A DNA stretch of 39,990 nt, from the IMG/VR virus record IMGVR_UViG_3300045988_107676, positions 1-39,990 of that record; one strand, written 5' to 3'. Within the stretch, counting starts at the first letter, position 1. Every line of letters begins with the position of its first letter. Shown here piece by piece: positions 23,281 to 34,800 of the stretch. The stretch is from a virus. A model generated the notes under the pieces. The model was not told the DNA's origin. It saw only the letters and a program-made list of their open reading frames with translations, and searched no databases. The position numbers and the translations under genes were made by a program.

Positions 23281-23583
23281 ATGAAAAGATTATTTATTGC
23301 TTTAGCTGCGCTTCTATTGCTTGGCGGCTGTGGAAGCCAGCGGGCGAGTCACGGAGAGGACTTTTCACCATGCACAATCTGCGGAAGACTTACAGGAATA
23401 GATGAGCTTACGGATATTGGATATAATGATGAGTATCTATGCAAAGACTGTTTAGAAAATAGAACATTCCTGTGCGACTATTGCGGGAGGAGATATCCTT
23501 TTGAAGCGATGATGAGCGAAAACCCAACATATTGTGAGTTCTGCTTCAGCGGGTTTGTTGACTATGGGGCAGATAGCTTATAA
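23281..23583 (+). CDS. Lipoprotein with four CxxC pairs
   Basis: Signal peptide plus lipobox: MKRLFIALAALLLLGGC. The mature part carries CTIC, CKDC, CDYC and CEFC. Confidence 0.75.
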   Translation: MKRLFIALAALLLLGGCGSQRASHGEDFSPCTICGRLTGIDELTDIGYNDEYLCKDCLENRTFLCDYCGRRYPFEAMMSENPTYCEFCFSGFVDYGADSL

Positions 23584-23634
23584 GTAAAATACCGCCCCCG
23601 GCAACGAGGGCGGTTAATGATAGGAGGAGAGAAA

Positions 23635-24495
23635 ATGCAAAAAGATTTAGGGATGAAGTGGCTAAAGGTTTGCAAAATACTTTGGCTGATTGGGGCTGCT
23701 ATTAGTCTTTCTTCTATTTGGTTCACACTCATATGCTTCGCTACCGTGTTTAGTGCATTTCCTGCATATATTGTGATCTGCATAGCATTGTGCCTCGTCA
23801 ACTCATTTCTTACCGTTCTGGCGTACACTGCAGTCAGCAGTTTCTGTGCTTCTCGTTTCAAGTACATAATTGCGTTGTTTGCTATAGCGCCTATTTCGGC
23901 AGGGGTGAATGCCTATGGTGGTGTAATTATGGCGGACCTAGTCACAAAACTTGCGGTGTCTGGCGTCTATTTCTTGATTACCGCATTAGCATGGTCGTTG
24001 CCAAATATCATATACTTTATGCACAGAAAGCACCTATTTACAGGGGCGGATCCAGACAGCGATACAAAAGCCCCACTTACTCCTGACGCCAGAGAAGAAA
24101 GCAAGGTGGAGGAAGATGCGCCGAAGCATGTGGGGGAAGTTCAAAGGGTAAAAGTCACGCCAATAAGAGTTTCTCCGGGAAAGTCAACAGATAAGAAAAA
24201 CGCAACGGCAGAGAGCGCAAAGAATAAAAAGAATATTCTAACATATTCGCTTGCCGCTTTGTGCCTTGCCCTCGGCATTTTGTGCGTTTATCAGGGAATA
24301 CAGATAGCTGATCTCACGGGGAAGGCGCTCCCGTGGGAGACAAATAGAACTGTTCTCGTTACAGCGTATGGTTATGTGGACAGCAGGTATCATAACGGGA
24401 ATTGCGCCTTGAGCAAAAAGAATGTGATGAGAAAGATGTCGGAAAAGGAAGCCATATCGAGCGGGTATAAAAAGTGCCACGCTTGCTTTGGTTGA
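23635..24495 (+). CDS. Polytopic membrane protein with a C-terminal Cys-motif domain
   Basis: The ATG at 23635 follows AGGAGGAGAG. There are four N-terminal TM segments, a charged linker and a fifth TM. The C-terminus reads YVDSRYHNGNC...EAISSGYKKCHAC. Confidence 0.7.
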   Translation: MQKDLGMKWLKVCKILWLIGAAISLSSIWFTLICFATVFSAFPAYIVICIALCLVNSFLTVLAYTAVSSFCASRFKYIIALFAIAPISAGVNAYGGVIMADLVTKLAVSGVYFLITALAWSLPNIIYFMHRKHLFTGADPDSDTKAPLTPDAREESKVEEDAPKHVGEVQRVKVTPIRVSPGKSTDKKNATAESAKNKKNILTYSLAALCLALGILCVYQGIQIADLTGKALPWETNRTVLVTAYGYVDSRYHNGNCALSKKNVMRKMSEKEAISSGYKKCHACFG

Positions 24496-24510
24496 TGGAG
24501 GCATACGAGG

Positions 24511-25629
24511 ATGCTCTGTAAGAAGTGCAAAAAGGAATTACAGGATGATTGGCTCTACTGCCCTTGGTGCGGTTTGAACGCAAAAAAAGACTCACGCAGG
24601 GCGATATCGCAGCGAAAAGACGGGACATACCAAAAAGCAATCACAATTGATGGGAAGCGCAAGTATTTTTACGGGAGATCAGAAAAGGATGTCATAAAGA
24701 AGATTGCAGAATTCAGCAGGGAGGCGGAGGATAAGCGGTCTGCTGCATTTGCCGTATATGCCGAAGCGCTGGAGCAGTCTTGGGACAACCTCGCATACAA
24801 TTCCCTTCGAGGGTACAAGCCTGCGCTCGTGCGATGTGTCGCTACGTTCGGGAAAACGCCTGTCGCAGACATCACGCCGATGCAGGTGAAGGGTTTCCTC
24901 GATAAGGTTGGAAAGACATTCTCGCAAAAAACCGTGAACACGCAGAAGAACATAACGAGCCAAGTGTTCGACCTCGCCATCCTCGCCGGGGACATACAAG
25001 TGAACCCTGTTGCAAACATCAAAGCGACCGGGAAGAAAACAAGCGGGCGGGAAGAAGCATCGCAGGAGGATCGGGAAAAGATCGCAGCCCATTGGGACGA
25101 TTGCGCCGTATCACGACTTGGTTACTTCATTATGATGACCGGGCTTCGTGTTGGAGAAGCACTTGCTCTGCGATACGAGGATATCGACAGGGATAAAAAC
25201 CAAATCCATGTTACGAAAAGCGTATACTATGTCGGCACTACTCCGAACATAAAAAAGCCAAAGACGGACGCAGGGGTCAGGACGGTATTCCTCCTGCCGG
25301 ATGTCGCAGAACGATTCAATGGGAAGAATGGTTACATCTTCACGAATGAAAAGGGAGAAATCCTTCGAAGCAATGAATCGTCCCGCAATTGGAGAAAATG
25401 GTGTAAAAATTACGGAATATGCTGCACATTCCACCAGCTTCGGCATAGCTTCGCAACATCTTGCTGCGAGGCAGGGATTGACAAAGCCGTTGTCCAAGGG
25501 ATGATGGGGCATTCCTCCTACATCGTGACGGAAAAGTACACCCATCTGCGTGACAAAATGTTGGAGGATGCACAGGCCAAATTTACTACATCACTTTTAC
25601 ATCACACGGATGCAAATACAAAGCAATAA
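24511..25629 (+). CDS. int: Tyrosine recombinase (phage integrase) with an N-terminal zinc ribbon
   Basis: CKKC...CPWC at the N-terminus. Catalytic signature: LRVGEALAL(R), HQLRHSF (H-x-x-R), and GHSSYIVTEKYTH (H...Y). Confidence 0.92.
   Translation: MLCKKCKKELQDDWLYCPWCGLNAKKDSRRAISQRKDGTYQKAITIDGKRKYFYGRSEKDVIKKIAEFSREAEDKRSAAFAVYAEALEQSWDNLAYNSLRGYKPALVRCVATFGKTPVADITPMQVKGFLDKVGKTFSQKTVNTQKNITSQVFDLAILAGDIQVNPVANIKATGKKTSGREEASQEDREKIAAHWDDCAVSRLGYFIMMTGLRVGEALALRYEDIDRDKNQIHVTKSVYYVGTTPNIKKPKTDAGVRTVFLLPDVAERFNGKNGYIFTNEKGEILRSNESSRNWRKWCKNYGICCTFHQLRHSFATSCCEAGIDKAVVQGMMGHSSYIVTEKYTHLRDKMLEDAQAKFTTSLLHHTDANTKQ
25583..25601 (+). repeat. Direct repeat copy 1 (candidate integrase arm-type site)
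   Basis: ttactacatcacttttaca matches 25771..25789 (ttagtacatcacttttaca) at 18 of 19 positions. It lies inside the int 3-prime end. Confidence 0.6.
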
Positions 25630-25678
25630 ACAGCAATAAACGCAAAGTATCGAAATGGAGAAAAGCCGCATAAACAAA

Positions 25679-25706
25679 GGAAAACCCCGCATTTCTGCGG
25701 GGTTTT
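25679..25706. terminator. Rho-independent terminator downstream of int (also follows the tRNA-like end on the other strand)
   Basis: AAACCCCGCA-tttc-TGCGGGGTTT is a 10-bp perfect stem, extendable, followed by TCCTTT. Confidence 0.75.
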
Positions 25707-25709
25707 CCT

Positions 25710-25734
25710 TTGGCGGAGATGGAGAGATTCGAAC
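25710..25734 (-). other. attP core candidate: 25-nt 3-prime end of a tRNA gene (fragment, not a functional tRNA)
   Basis: The minus strand reads AGTTCGAATCTCTCCATCTCCGCCA. This parses as T-loop TTCGAAT, T-stem CTCTC, acceptor strand CATCTCC, discriminator G and CCA. The upstream sequence does not form the rest of a cloverleaf. Confidence 0.7.
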
Positions 25735-25770
25735 TATAAATAAACATAGTGTTCAACAGCGGTTTCTCCA

Positions 25771-25789
25771 TTAGTACATCACTTTTACA
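25771..25789 (+). repeat. Direct repeat copy 2 (candidate integrase arm-type site)
   Basis: See copy 1. The two copies flank the tRNA-like core at a spacing of 188 bp. Confidence 0.6.
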
Positions 25790-25841
25790 CACCGCTATCT
25801 CTTATCCTCGGTGTTTTGCGTATGCGTTGCACAGTAAAATA

Positions 25842-25863
25842 CCCCCTCCAGTTACGGAGGGGG
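25842..25863 (-). terminator. Rho-independent terminator of the late operon / giant gene
   Basis: CCCCCTCC-agttac-GGAGGGGG is an 8-bp GC stem located 8 nt after the giant-gene stop. It is followed on the minus strand by TATTTTAC. Confidence 0.7.
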
Positions 25864-25870
25864 CATCTCT

Positions 25871-28800
25871 TTACCACACCTTCTCTGACACTCCGAGTGC
25901 CTCGTACAAAAGGTGCTTTTGCTTTGTGCTTGCGCCGGGAACGGCCTTATCGATAGCGGCCTTCTTTTTGCGGCTGGAGGACAGTTGGATTGTCTTCCCA
26001 TCGCCGTCTTTGTCGCCTGTGATCCCACGGGCTGCGAAGTATGCGGCGTAGTATTGGTCGTAGGTAACGCCCTGTGCGACATACTCGGCTGCCTTTTCTC
26101 CGACATCCTTGTTGTATGTCTTTAGTGCGTACTCTGCACCGAACGCCTTGCGGTTTGCTTCGCGCTTAACAACATCGCTGTCTGCACTTCCGATGCTCTT
26201 TGCGGTTTCCTCGTAGGTGCCAACGGTCAACAGGGCTTTTCTATAAATCTCGTTACGCAGCTCCAGCAGGTCACGAGCCTCGCTCATCTTCTCCTTGCGG
26301 GTCTTTTCGCCGCTGTTGTAGATTTCCTTGAGCTGCTTCGTGATTTCGGATGCAGCCTTGCTCTGCTTATACAGGTAGGAGTAGGTTGCATCATCGGCTG
26401 CTGTCGCAAGCTCGGTCTCCTTTACCTGCTTTGCTTCGTCCAGCGCATCATAGAAGTCGCTGCCCAGCCGGTTCTGCCGGACGCTATCTACCACGAAAGC
26501 CTTTACCACCGCAGGGACATCTGCTTTCTTGGAAAGCGTCGGAAGCAGCCAGTCACCGATAAAGCCGGAATACTGGTCGATCAGGTAATTGACCTTCTTC
26601 GGGGAAAGCCCCTCGATGCCGTTCTTACCGTGTCGTGTAATCTCACCGAGCCAAATGGAGAACGCATCGGTGCTTTCATCGTATTGCAGATAGTCAGGCT
26701 TTTCCTCCATGTAGCTGGAAACGATGTCGCCGCCGTACCAGGTCTTATTGGTGCTCATCGCAGTAATACCGGCGAAGATATTGTTGGTCAGCGGATTGTT
26801 CGGTGCGATCTGTTCGATGGCAAAGGACGGATAATTTGCGAATGCGCTGCTTGCCGGTTCTCCCTTCAGCCAGCGCCACATCCGATTGGTGAACGCCGTA
26901 ATGACGGATGGCTCACGCCCCATCGGGATCTTGATAAACTTGTTATCTCCGACCTTGATGAGGATGTTGCTGTCCTTCATGTAGTTGGAAAGCTCCTTGT
27001 AGTCATCGTCCTCTTTCAGCCCGTCATAAAGCAGACCCATGATGATTGCCGGGGCTACACCGTTGATGAGCAGCCGAGAGATAAGCTGACCGATTTCCTT
27101 CCAGCCGCGCCGGTCAATGACATTGCGGATGTTCTTGGAAAGGCCCTGCATACCGGGGTTGAAGAAAGGAACAAGGGACGCATTCAGCTTGCGAGCCGCA
27201 AAGCCGCCACGGCCGAAGTTCGTTGTGATGTCCGCTGCGTTATAGAGCGCCTGCTGAACATCGCCTGTGTCTTCCATCGTGCTAATAAATTCAGCAAGGC
27301 GGGGGTACTGCTCGACCGCTTCATTGGCAAAGGAGAGGATGTCGATTACTCTATTCAACCCACCAGCCACTTTATCGACTGCACCGTTCTTGAAATGGTG
27401 GCGGTCGGAAAGCCCCGTCTTTGGGTCATAATAGGTAGTTCCTTTTCCGCCCATCGCCTGATAGAGCTGCCAATACTTCCCGTTCGTTGCGATTTCCTTT
27501 ACGGCCTTGCCGTAGTTCTTAATGAATGCGGCATTGCTGTAATGGGTAAAGTACAATGCAGACTGTGCATCACGGACGAAATTTCGCACGATGAATACAG
27601 GGTTCCATTGCGTGACCAGCTTCTTGAATGTGCTGTTGATGGAGCGCAATGCTTTCATTCCAAAGGAATTGGATTGCTCAATGGGTCTAAACCCATCGGC
27701 CATTGCTTCGCTCATGTGCAGAGTAACCGGTTTGCCATCCACCCAAATGCGCAGCGTGTTCTTGAGGTTCTCTGCGGAATCCGCATCAAGGTCAACGAGA
27801 TCGCCTTCCTCTGTAACACTCTGAATGTATTCCGAGATATCACGGGTAGTATCCATTGCATCTTCATACAGCATATTGCCCAGAATGTTCTTCTTGGCTG
27901 CGGAGAAGGTCTGCAAGGTCTGCCTGGCAATACTGTCGATCAGCGGCATGATATCCTGGTTGCCACCTTTTGCGGACTTGATGGTGCTGTTCACCGCAAC
28001 GATGTTGGGGTTGGAGTAGCCGCCGGAGGTGCTGGGCATATCGCGGTAGGTGGGAACATAGTGCGGATACAGTTCCTTCATGTACTGTGCCATATCGGCG
28101 CTAACGAGTCCTCCCTGCTTTCGCACCTCCATCAATCCGTCAAGGTAGGCATACACATCCTTTGCCCACTTCTCGAATTCTGGGTGTGCCTCCAGAAGGG
28201 CTGCGGCAGCGGCCCGGCTGTCGTCTGCCGTAACCTTGCTGCCGAATACAGGCTTGTCAAACTGCTTTTCAGCCCATGCCTGCAGTTGCTTATACCGCTT
28301 TGCAGCATCGATCTGTTCCATGGTGTATGTCTTTGTAAGGGAAGCATCTTTGCCTGCGGCTGTTGCAATGTTCTCATCGGTCATTTCCGCAAAGCCTTTG
28401 ACTTTCTTGTTCAGTTCCTCACGGAATGCCGATAGCACCTTCTGTGCTTTTTCACGGACGCTCATGCGGTCAACATTGTGTTCATGCAGGAGGTATGTGT
28501 AGAATTCCTTGGTCAGCCCCGCCTTTTCAGCAGGCTCAAATACCTGCATGAGGTTCTTATCGCTGATTTTCACACCGTTCAAATCGTACTGCCCGGCGCC
28601 GCCAATGGAATACTGCGCCGCCGCAGCTGCCTGCCCGACATTGTTCGCTGCATACATGATTCTGCTGTCGCCGACTTCGTTCCCGAATCGCTCCAGTTCG
28701 TCCTTGGTGTTAATCCATTGGCGCTTGAAGGTTCTCCAGCTTTCAGCGATTTTTGCCTTAAAAGTCTCCTTGCCCTTATTCGGCATTTCGGTCAGAACCT

Positions 28801-31800
28801 TGGCAACATCTTCCGTAGTGGTGGATTTCTGTTCCGCCGTCCTCAATCGGGCTTTGCTCTTTGCTCTGTCTTCCTGCACCACACGATCGATGCGATCCTG
28901 CTGGCGTTTCCGATTGTATTCATCCTTTGCTTCGGACAGCTTTTCGTTGTACTTGTCCCGCATCTGCAGATTGTTCGCACGGAGGTCGGCACGGTATTGC
29001 TTGGCAAGTGCATCATATTTCGCCATGAATTCTGCACGGGCCTTTGCTGCCTTCTCTCGCTCTTTAGCAGCTGCTATTTCGGTGAGGAGTTTCGTCTCTG
29101 CATCACGCCAGCGGTCATTCATCTTCGCTTCCGCAGTTGCCTGCTGGCGATAGTCAGCAAGCTGCTGACGGATATTCTTCACCTCGGCTTGTGCAGCCTT
29201 TAGCTCATCGTTTGCTTTCTCGGTTGCTTCGGAAACAACCCTGTCGATGTCGGCCATGTACTGGGCATCTTCCATGAGGGAGTAGCTGCCTTCGGATTTC
29301 TCCTTCAGGAAGCGGTCAACAATGTCGTGTGCGACAGGGAGTTTTCCGTGGCCGCCTTTGTACTCGCTCAACATCTTGGCATTGTAGGCATCATCGAAGA
29401 CAGGTTTGACTGCTTTCTGCGGGGCGCCAACCCCATCGTTGTTGTACATCTTGTAGTCGATGAGCAGTTTCCAGTAGCCGGGATACTCGGTGAGGCTCTT
29501 ACCCTCATACATTACTTCAGCAAATTTGGGTGTGCGACCGTCAGCTCTGCACTTCTCAAGGTAAATCTGTGCGTTCTCATCGCCTGTCTTGCTGAAGTCC
29601 CAATATTCAGCCGGGTCATAGTTTTCGATCTTCGTGCCAGCTTTCTTCTCGTTCTGATAGTCCGTAAAGTCCTCATACCATTCAAGACCAAGGGACTTAT
29701 ACAAGGAGGCGCTCCAGCTCGATTTGTGGAACGGGATGATGAAGTCGATCTCTGGATCAGACATCGCAGTGACGATATGCTTTACATTCTTGCCGACGAG
29801 AATGGTACCAACATTTTCGCTGAAGCGGGGGTCGTTGCGAATTGAAAAAGCCTCATAAGCAGGCATTCCTTCTACATCGTCAAAAATAAGTTTCCCATTT
29901 GCGTCCACCCCATCTCCTTTTGCGATAAGCGAAAGGTTGATTTTGATGCCAGTGCGCCCCATTGCTCTCGCAAACGAAGGGACTTTCGTGTACGCCTGAC
30001 CTTTTAAGCCCATCGAGGCCATATCGTACACAGCTTGCATCATATCGATGAGGTGGGGAACCTCAAAGTCAGAGAAGGATTGGATGCGAAGCCCACCATG
30101 GGAGTTCCGGCGGCTCACCTGCCCCTTTGTCATGTTAAGGATCTCACCACGGTAATCCGTCCGTGTCTCTATCATCTTTGGCTTCTGCTGCCCTCTTGCA
30201 TTCATATAGGCATTGAATGCCTTATAGACTTCTGGATGCTCCGCCTGCAAACGGTCAATGCCTTCTGCGGTCACGAGATCCGCAAGGGTGGGGGTAAACC
30301 CTTTCTCCGGATAAACGAACCGATTCGGGTCACTGTTTTCTATCCCCTTGCTGGTTGTAAGATCCTTTGTCTGCCCGGAAGCATTCACCTTCTTTATGTT
30401 TGCGCCTTCCGCCTGCGCTTTTCTGTACTGCTCAACAAAGCCCTCGGATATTGTAGAGAATTCCCTTCTTGTGGACTCTACGTAGCAAATGCCGCAAGCT
30501 ACCTCGTACCCGGAATCCTTCATGATTTCACGGAGGTGTACGAAGTCTTCGCTTGTAAGAGGGGTATTCGGAAGTGCAGATTGGATTGCGTCCATCGTGC
30601 CGGAGAAAAGAAGCCGCTTTGCGCACAGCGTGGAAAAATCGAGGCTGAAGTCATATTCAGAGTTTGGCTTCAAGGATGTATTGTTGCGGTTGGCCTCATA
30701 ATCAAGCCGCGCCTTGTCATCGCCGATAATAGCTGCCACGCTATAGACGGACTTAATCCAGTCCGTTGCCAACTGAACAGAAACGCCGGTTGCCTTCGCA
30801 AGTCTTGTTGCATACTTGACCTTGTCCGTACCAAGTTCGCTTTCACTCAACGACATGAGGGAATACCGGTTGGGAGCCGCAGACCCTTCTCCTGTCACGG
30901 CTATTCCGATATCTTCGTACCCTTCCGGAAGGGCAATATCAACATCGCCGTTTCCAACAATTTTGACCTTGCTGGAATCCAATAATGCATCTTCTTTTGC
31001 GGAATACTCACTATCCATTGCAGAAGCATCCATGAGGGAGTAGCGGATATCCTTGCTTTCGGTTGGAGCGGTATTGTCAATGTTCTTAAATTGACTACTG
31101 TCAAACGCCACATACACGGTGGCGTTATCATATTTGCCCTCTACAATGTATCCGTCATAACCAAGCGTGTTTCGAGCCGCTTCAAGAACGGTTCCGGAAC
31201 CTGCTCCGCCGTTTGCAATCTCCGCAAGGATTTCGCTATCACTATCGCTATATTCCATAGCTGCCTTTACGGTAGCATCCAGCGCACGGTTATACCATGT
31301 TTTTGAAGGGTACCCAATACCGCCGGCAGGGTCGTAATTCACAAGCACTTCATCACCGGTCGGGTCAACAGCCTGCAAAAGTTTTTTTACTTCTGCCCTT
31401 GTCAGCGTAATCTCGCTATCGCTCAACGGCTTTTTGATATCAAGGTACCCCTCAAGGAGTTGTCCGCCGTCCTTTTGGTAGCCCTCTGCCATCGGCTTGT
31501 AATCAGTGAAATAGAAGCCTTGCCCCTCGGAACTGCCATGCTGGGACATGAAATCGGGGGAAAACTCGGTGAACACCGCAGGGCTACCATGATATACAGG
31601 TTTCAACCTGCCCTCTGCGTCAACGACTTTGGAGCCGAAGAAATACTCCCGCTGCTCGGCAGTAAGCTCCCTGCCAGTACTGTCCATTGCCGGGATATCC
31701 ATAAGGGAATGTTTCCCGCCAGCATACTTCCCAAGGCCCAGTTGTTCCAGCGTCTTTTCGCCGCCTTGGCGCTTCGGAGGGGTTATCCCCTTGCTTTCGA

Positions 31801-34800
31801 GAATTTGTTCTACGTCGCTGTCGGAAAGAATGCGGTTTACCTTCATCGCGCCAGTGATGAGCCACGGCACTGTGTCCGGGCGCGGGTTTGTCCGGTATTT
31901 ATAATACCCATCGACAGGGAGTTTCGGCAGACCAGCAAGGGAGTGTTGGAACTTCCCGGACTTCGTATAGCCGTAGGACATTGCTTCCTCTTGGTAGTCA
32001 ATATCTGCCGCAACAAGGCACTCTGCCCAAACAAAGTTTGAAGGGAATAACTCTTTCTTCCCGGTTTCCGGGTTGAGCCGATCGAACTGGTTTGCTACCG
32101 GTACTTCGCCAAGATGCCAGCCCGGTCTAAAAGCAAGGCTTCCGCTTCCACCCTGTGTTCCTTTACCACCAGCCTTAACCTGCATTCGACCGGTTTTGCT
32201 GTCCGGTGCGCGCTCCCCGATATCCGCATTAAGCCACACGCCAACCGGGGTATCTTCCGCATTTGGGTTAGCGACCATCGGGGGATAGAGTTTTCCATCC
32301 TTCACGACAAACACCTTATACCCCAAAACGGTTTTCTCGGGAGGTGCTTCCTCTCTGATGGAGTACTTCACATCCTCACCGATTGCCGGGTCTGCAAATA
32401 TGTTTCTCGCCCCATCTTCCATACCGTCAATCAAAGCCCGCTGCGCTTCGGATAGCCTGTTATAGGCTTCCTGTGCAGAGGGCTTTCCTTTTAGCTTTTT
32501 GAGGATACGGTTCAAGAAACCTCTAATGCCGGTGGCGGCTTCCGTATTTCTTGCGCCGATGTACTCCAGCATATCCCGGCTGCCCAAAAGATCACCGCTG
32601 ATATCGGCAGCGACTTCCTCCGCAGCTGCATTCGGGTCAAGCTCAATCCCATTGCGCTCGTACAGTTCGGTTTTGGCATTCATCATGCCCTTTACCATAT
32701 CGGCATAGTCTGGGTTCTCTACCAGCGTATCAATCAGCCCGGAATACTTGCTATCAGCTACAAGGTCGTGAAACATCTCATGCCCGAAAGTAACCATCAG
32801 CGGATCGCGGGAATTGATGTTGACATAAATGGTGCCATCCGGTGCGCGATAGCCATTGGTCAGTCGGTACTGCCCATTGACCTGCACCGCACCCTCAAAC
32901 CACACGATAGTCTTGCCAAGGTATTTCGCAGCGCCTTCGACCGCATTGACTGCGGGTTTCTTGCTGTTCGGGATTTCAGCTTTCTTATAGCCAATCTCGG
33001 TATTTCCGCGCACATCGGTATTGGTGATTTCACGCACATGGCGTTTGCCGTCTATATCGATATCGGTGTTCTGCTCGATGGACAGCCAGCGTTCCAGGCT
33101 CTCCTGCTCAAGCACATCGGCTTCCGCTTCCGCTTTGGCTTCCAGTTCGGCAGTCGCCCTTTCTGCCGCTTCGGTCATGCGCTCCGTGTACTCTGCTTCG
33201 GATACGACCTGCTTTCCTGTTTCGCCCAGCTTCTTGGTCGCCACCTCGATGGCAGCAATATCCGCGGCAGGGTTCCCTGTGTACTCAATCCCTGCCAGCT
33301 TTGCAAAGGACTCTCTCGCAGCAGGGTCGTTGTAAACCTTCTGCGCTGCGCTTTGGTTTGCAGGAGCGCCTTGAATTGCGCTGTTGTAGGCGACTTCCCC
33401 TGCGTTGGCAGGATTATCTACCATCTGCGAAAAAGCCTGTTCTACGCCATCCTGTGCTGTTCTAATAGCAGCTTCCTTCTGCTTACTGAAAACCTCGGTC
33501 ATAACCGATTCGGGAGTGGGTTTTACACCCAATGTTTCCGCAGCCTGGACGATGGCGTTGGCGTTGTTCATCATGGCCTTCAGCTCTCGGATGGACAGCT
33601 GTGTGATATCCCCTTGGATTTTGGAGAGGCCGCTTTCCGCATCGAAGGACTGGTTCGCCTCGAACAGTCTGCCGAGCATCTGGGGGGTGGGCTTCTTCTG
33701 CGCTTCCGCTGCATAGATGGCAGGGGCTGTGCCTTCGCCCTTGCTCAAGCCTTCCTCGATCTGCTGCTGTACTGCAGCGGGGGATTTCTTGAGGGTCTTG
33801 CCCAAGCGGTTATAGTTGACGGCTCGTGTCGTTGCGTTCGCACCGCCCAAGACGCCACCTGCGAGAGCGCCGAGGAGCATATCGTACCAGATATTGTCCA
33901 TCTCATCACTTTCGCCTGTAAGGGCTTTTTCGATGGCGTAGTTCACGGCATCTTCGAGGCCCTCCTCCACGCCTTCAGCCAGGGAGTCACGCAGCAGCTT
34001 GCCGCCGACAGAATTGGCGAATGCGTACAGTGCGGGGTTCTCCGTGACGAGTTTCTTTTGGAGAGCCTGCCCGACCTTGCTGTCCCATGCCTTGCCGTAG
34101 ATACCGCCGAGCTGCTCGGAGCCGTATGCCGCAAGCCCTGCGCCCATTGCAAGTGCAAACGCCATGTTCGGGTCGTCATACTTCTCCGTGGCTTCAACGA
34201 ATTTGTTTCCCGCAGCGGAGGAGGACATGAAAATCAGACCGGCCTGTGAGCCGGGCGCAACGAGATTGAGTGCAAGCGAAGGCGCCATGTTGAAGATGGT
34301 ATTGCCGAGCTGGAGACCAAGCCGTTCCAAGCCGTGTGTGCTTTCCACATTGCGCTCGTGACGGATCTCTGCCTTGGTCTTATAGTCGAGCATCGGAACC
34401 TTGCGCTCCGTTTCGATACCGGAAAGTTTCTGCGCTTCAAGGCCGTTCATGCCGCTGTCGATGAGCTGCTTTGCCTTCCACGCCTCCTCTCTGCCGGGGC
34501 CGTTAGCATAAGCAGCCATCATCGCTGCGTTCTGCCCAAAGGACTGGAAGGCGTTCTGTATGCCGGAAAGAGCCATGTCCCCCGCCTTGAAATGATTGTC
34601 GTTGGGGTTATAGTCCTCAAGCTCCTCCATGTTCTTTTGGGTCTTATATGCAGACCGGGCGTTTTCATACTGGTATCCGAGTTCGGATGCAATATCCCGC
34701 TGCTCCTTCGCCTGCTGCTGCATATTCCCTGCACGGCTGTATGCGCCAGCTTTGATGAGAGCATCGTCACGCTGCTTCTTCAGCGTATCGACGTTCTGTT

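Noticed and set aside
25710-25795. A possible complete tRNA gene on the minus strand next to int.
   Set aside because: Only the last 25 nt (T-loop to CCA) fit a tRNA. The upstream sequence (…GGAGAAACCGCTGTTGAACACTATGTTTATTTAT) is too short and cannot form D and anticodon arms. The required T-stem 5-prime strand GAGAG is not present. I interpret it as an attP core fragment.
26630-28435. Long plus-strand ORFs antisense to the giant gene. This one is 601 aa; others include 32768..34249 (493 aa), 30035..30985, 28478..29203 and 34334..35086.
   Set aside because: They are fully nested in the 9-kb minus-strand ORF and have no RBS. Their composition is Arg/Leu/Cys/His-rich and low-complexity, typical of the shadow frame of a GC-moderate gene. 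The minus-strand frame carries recognisable motifs.
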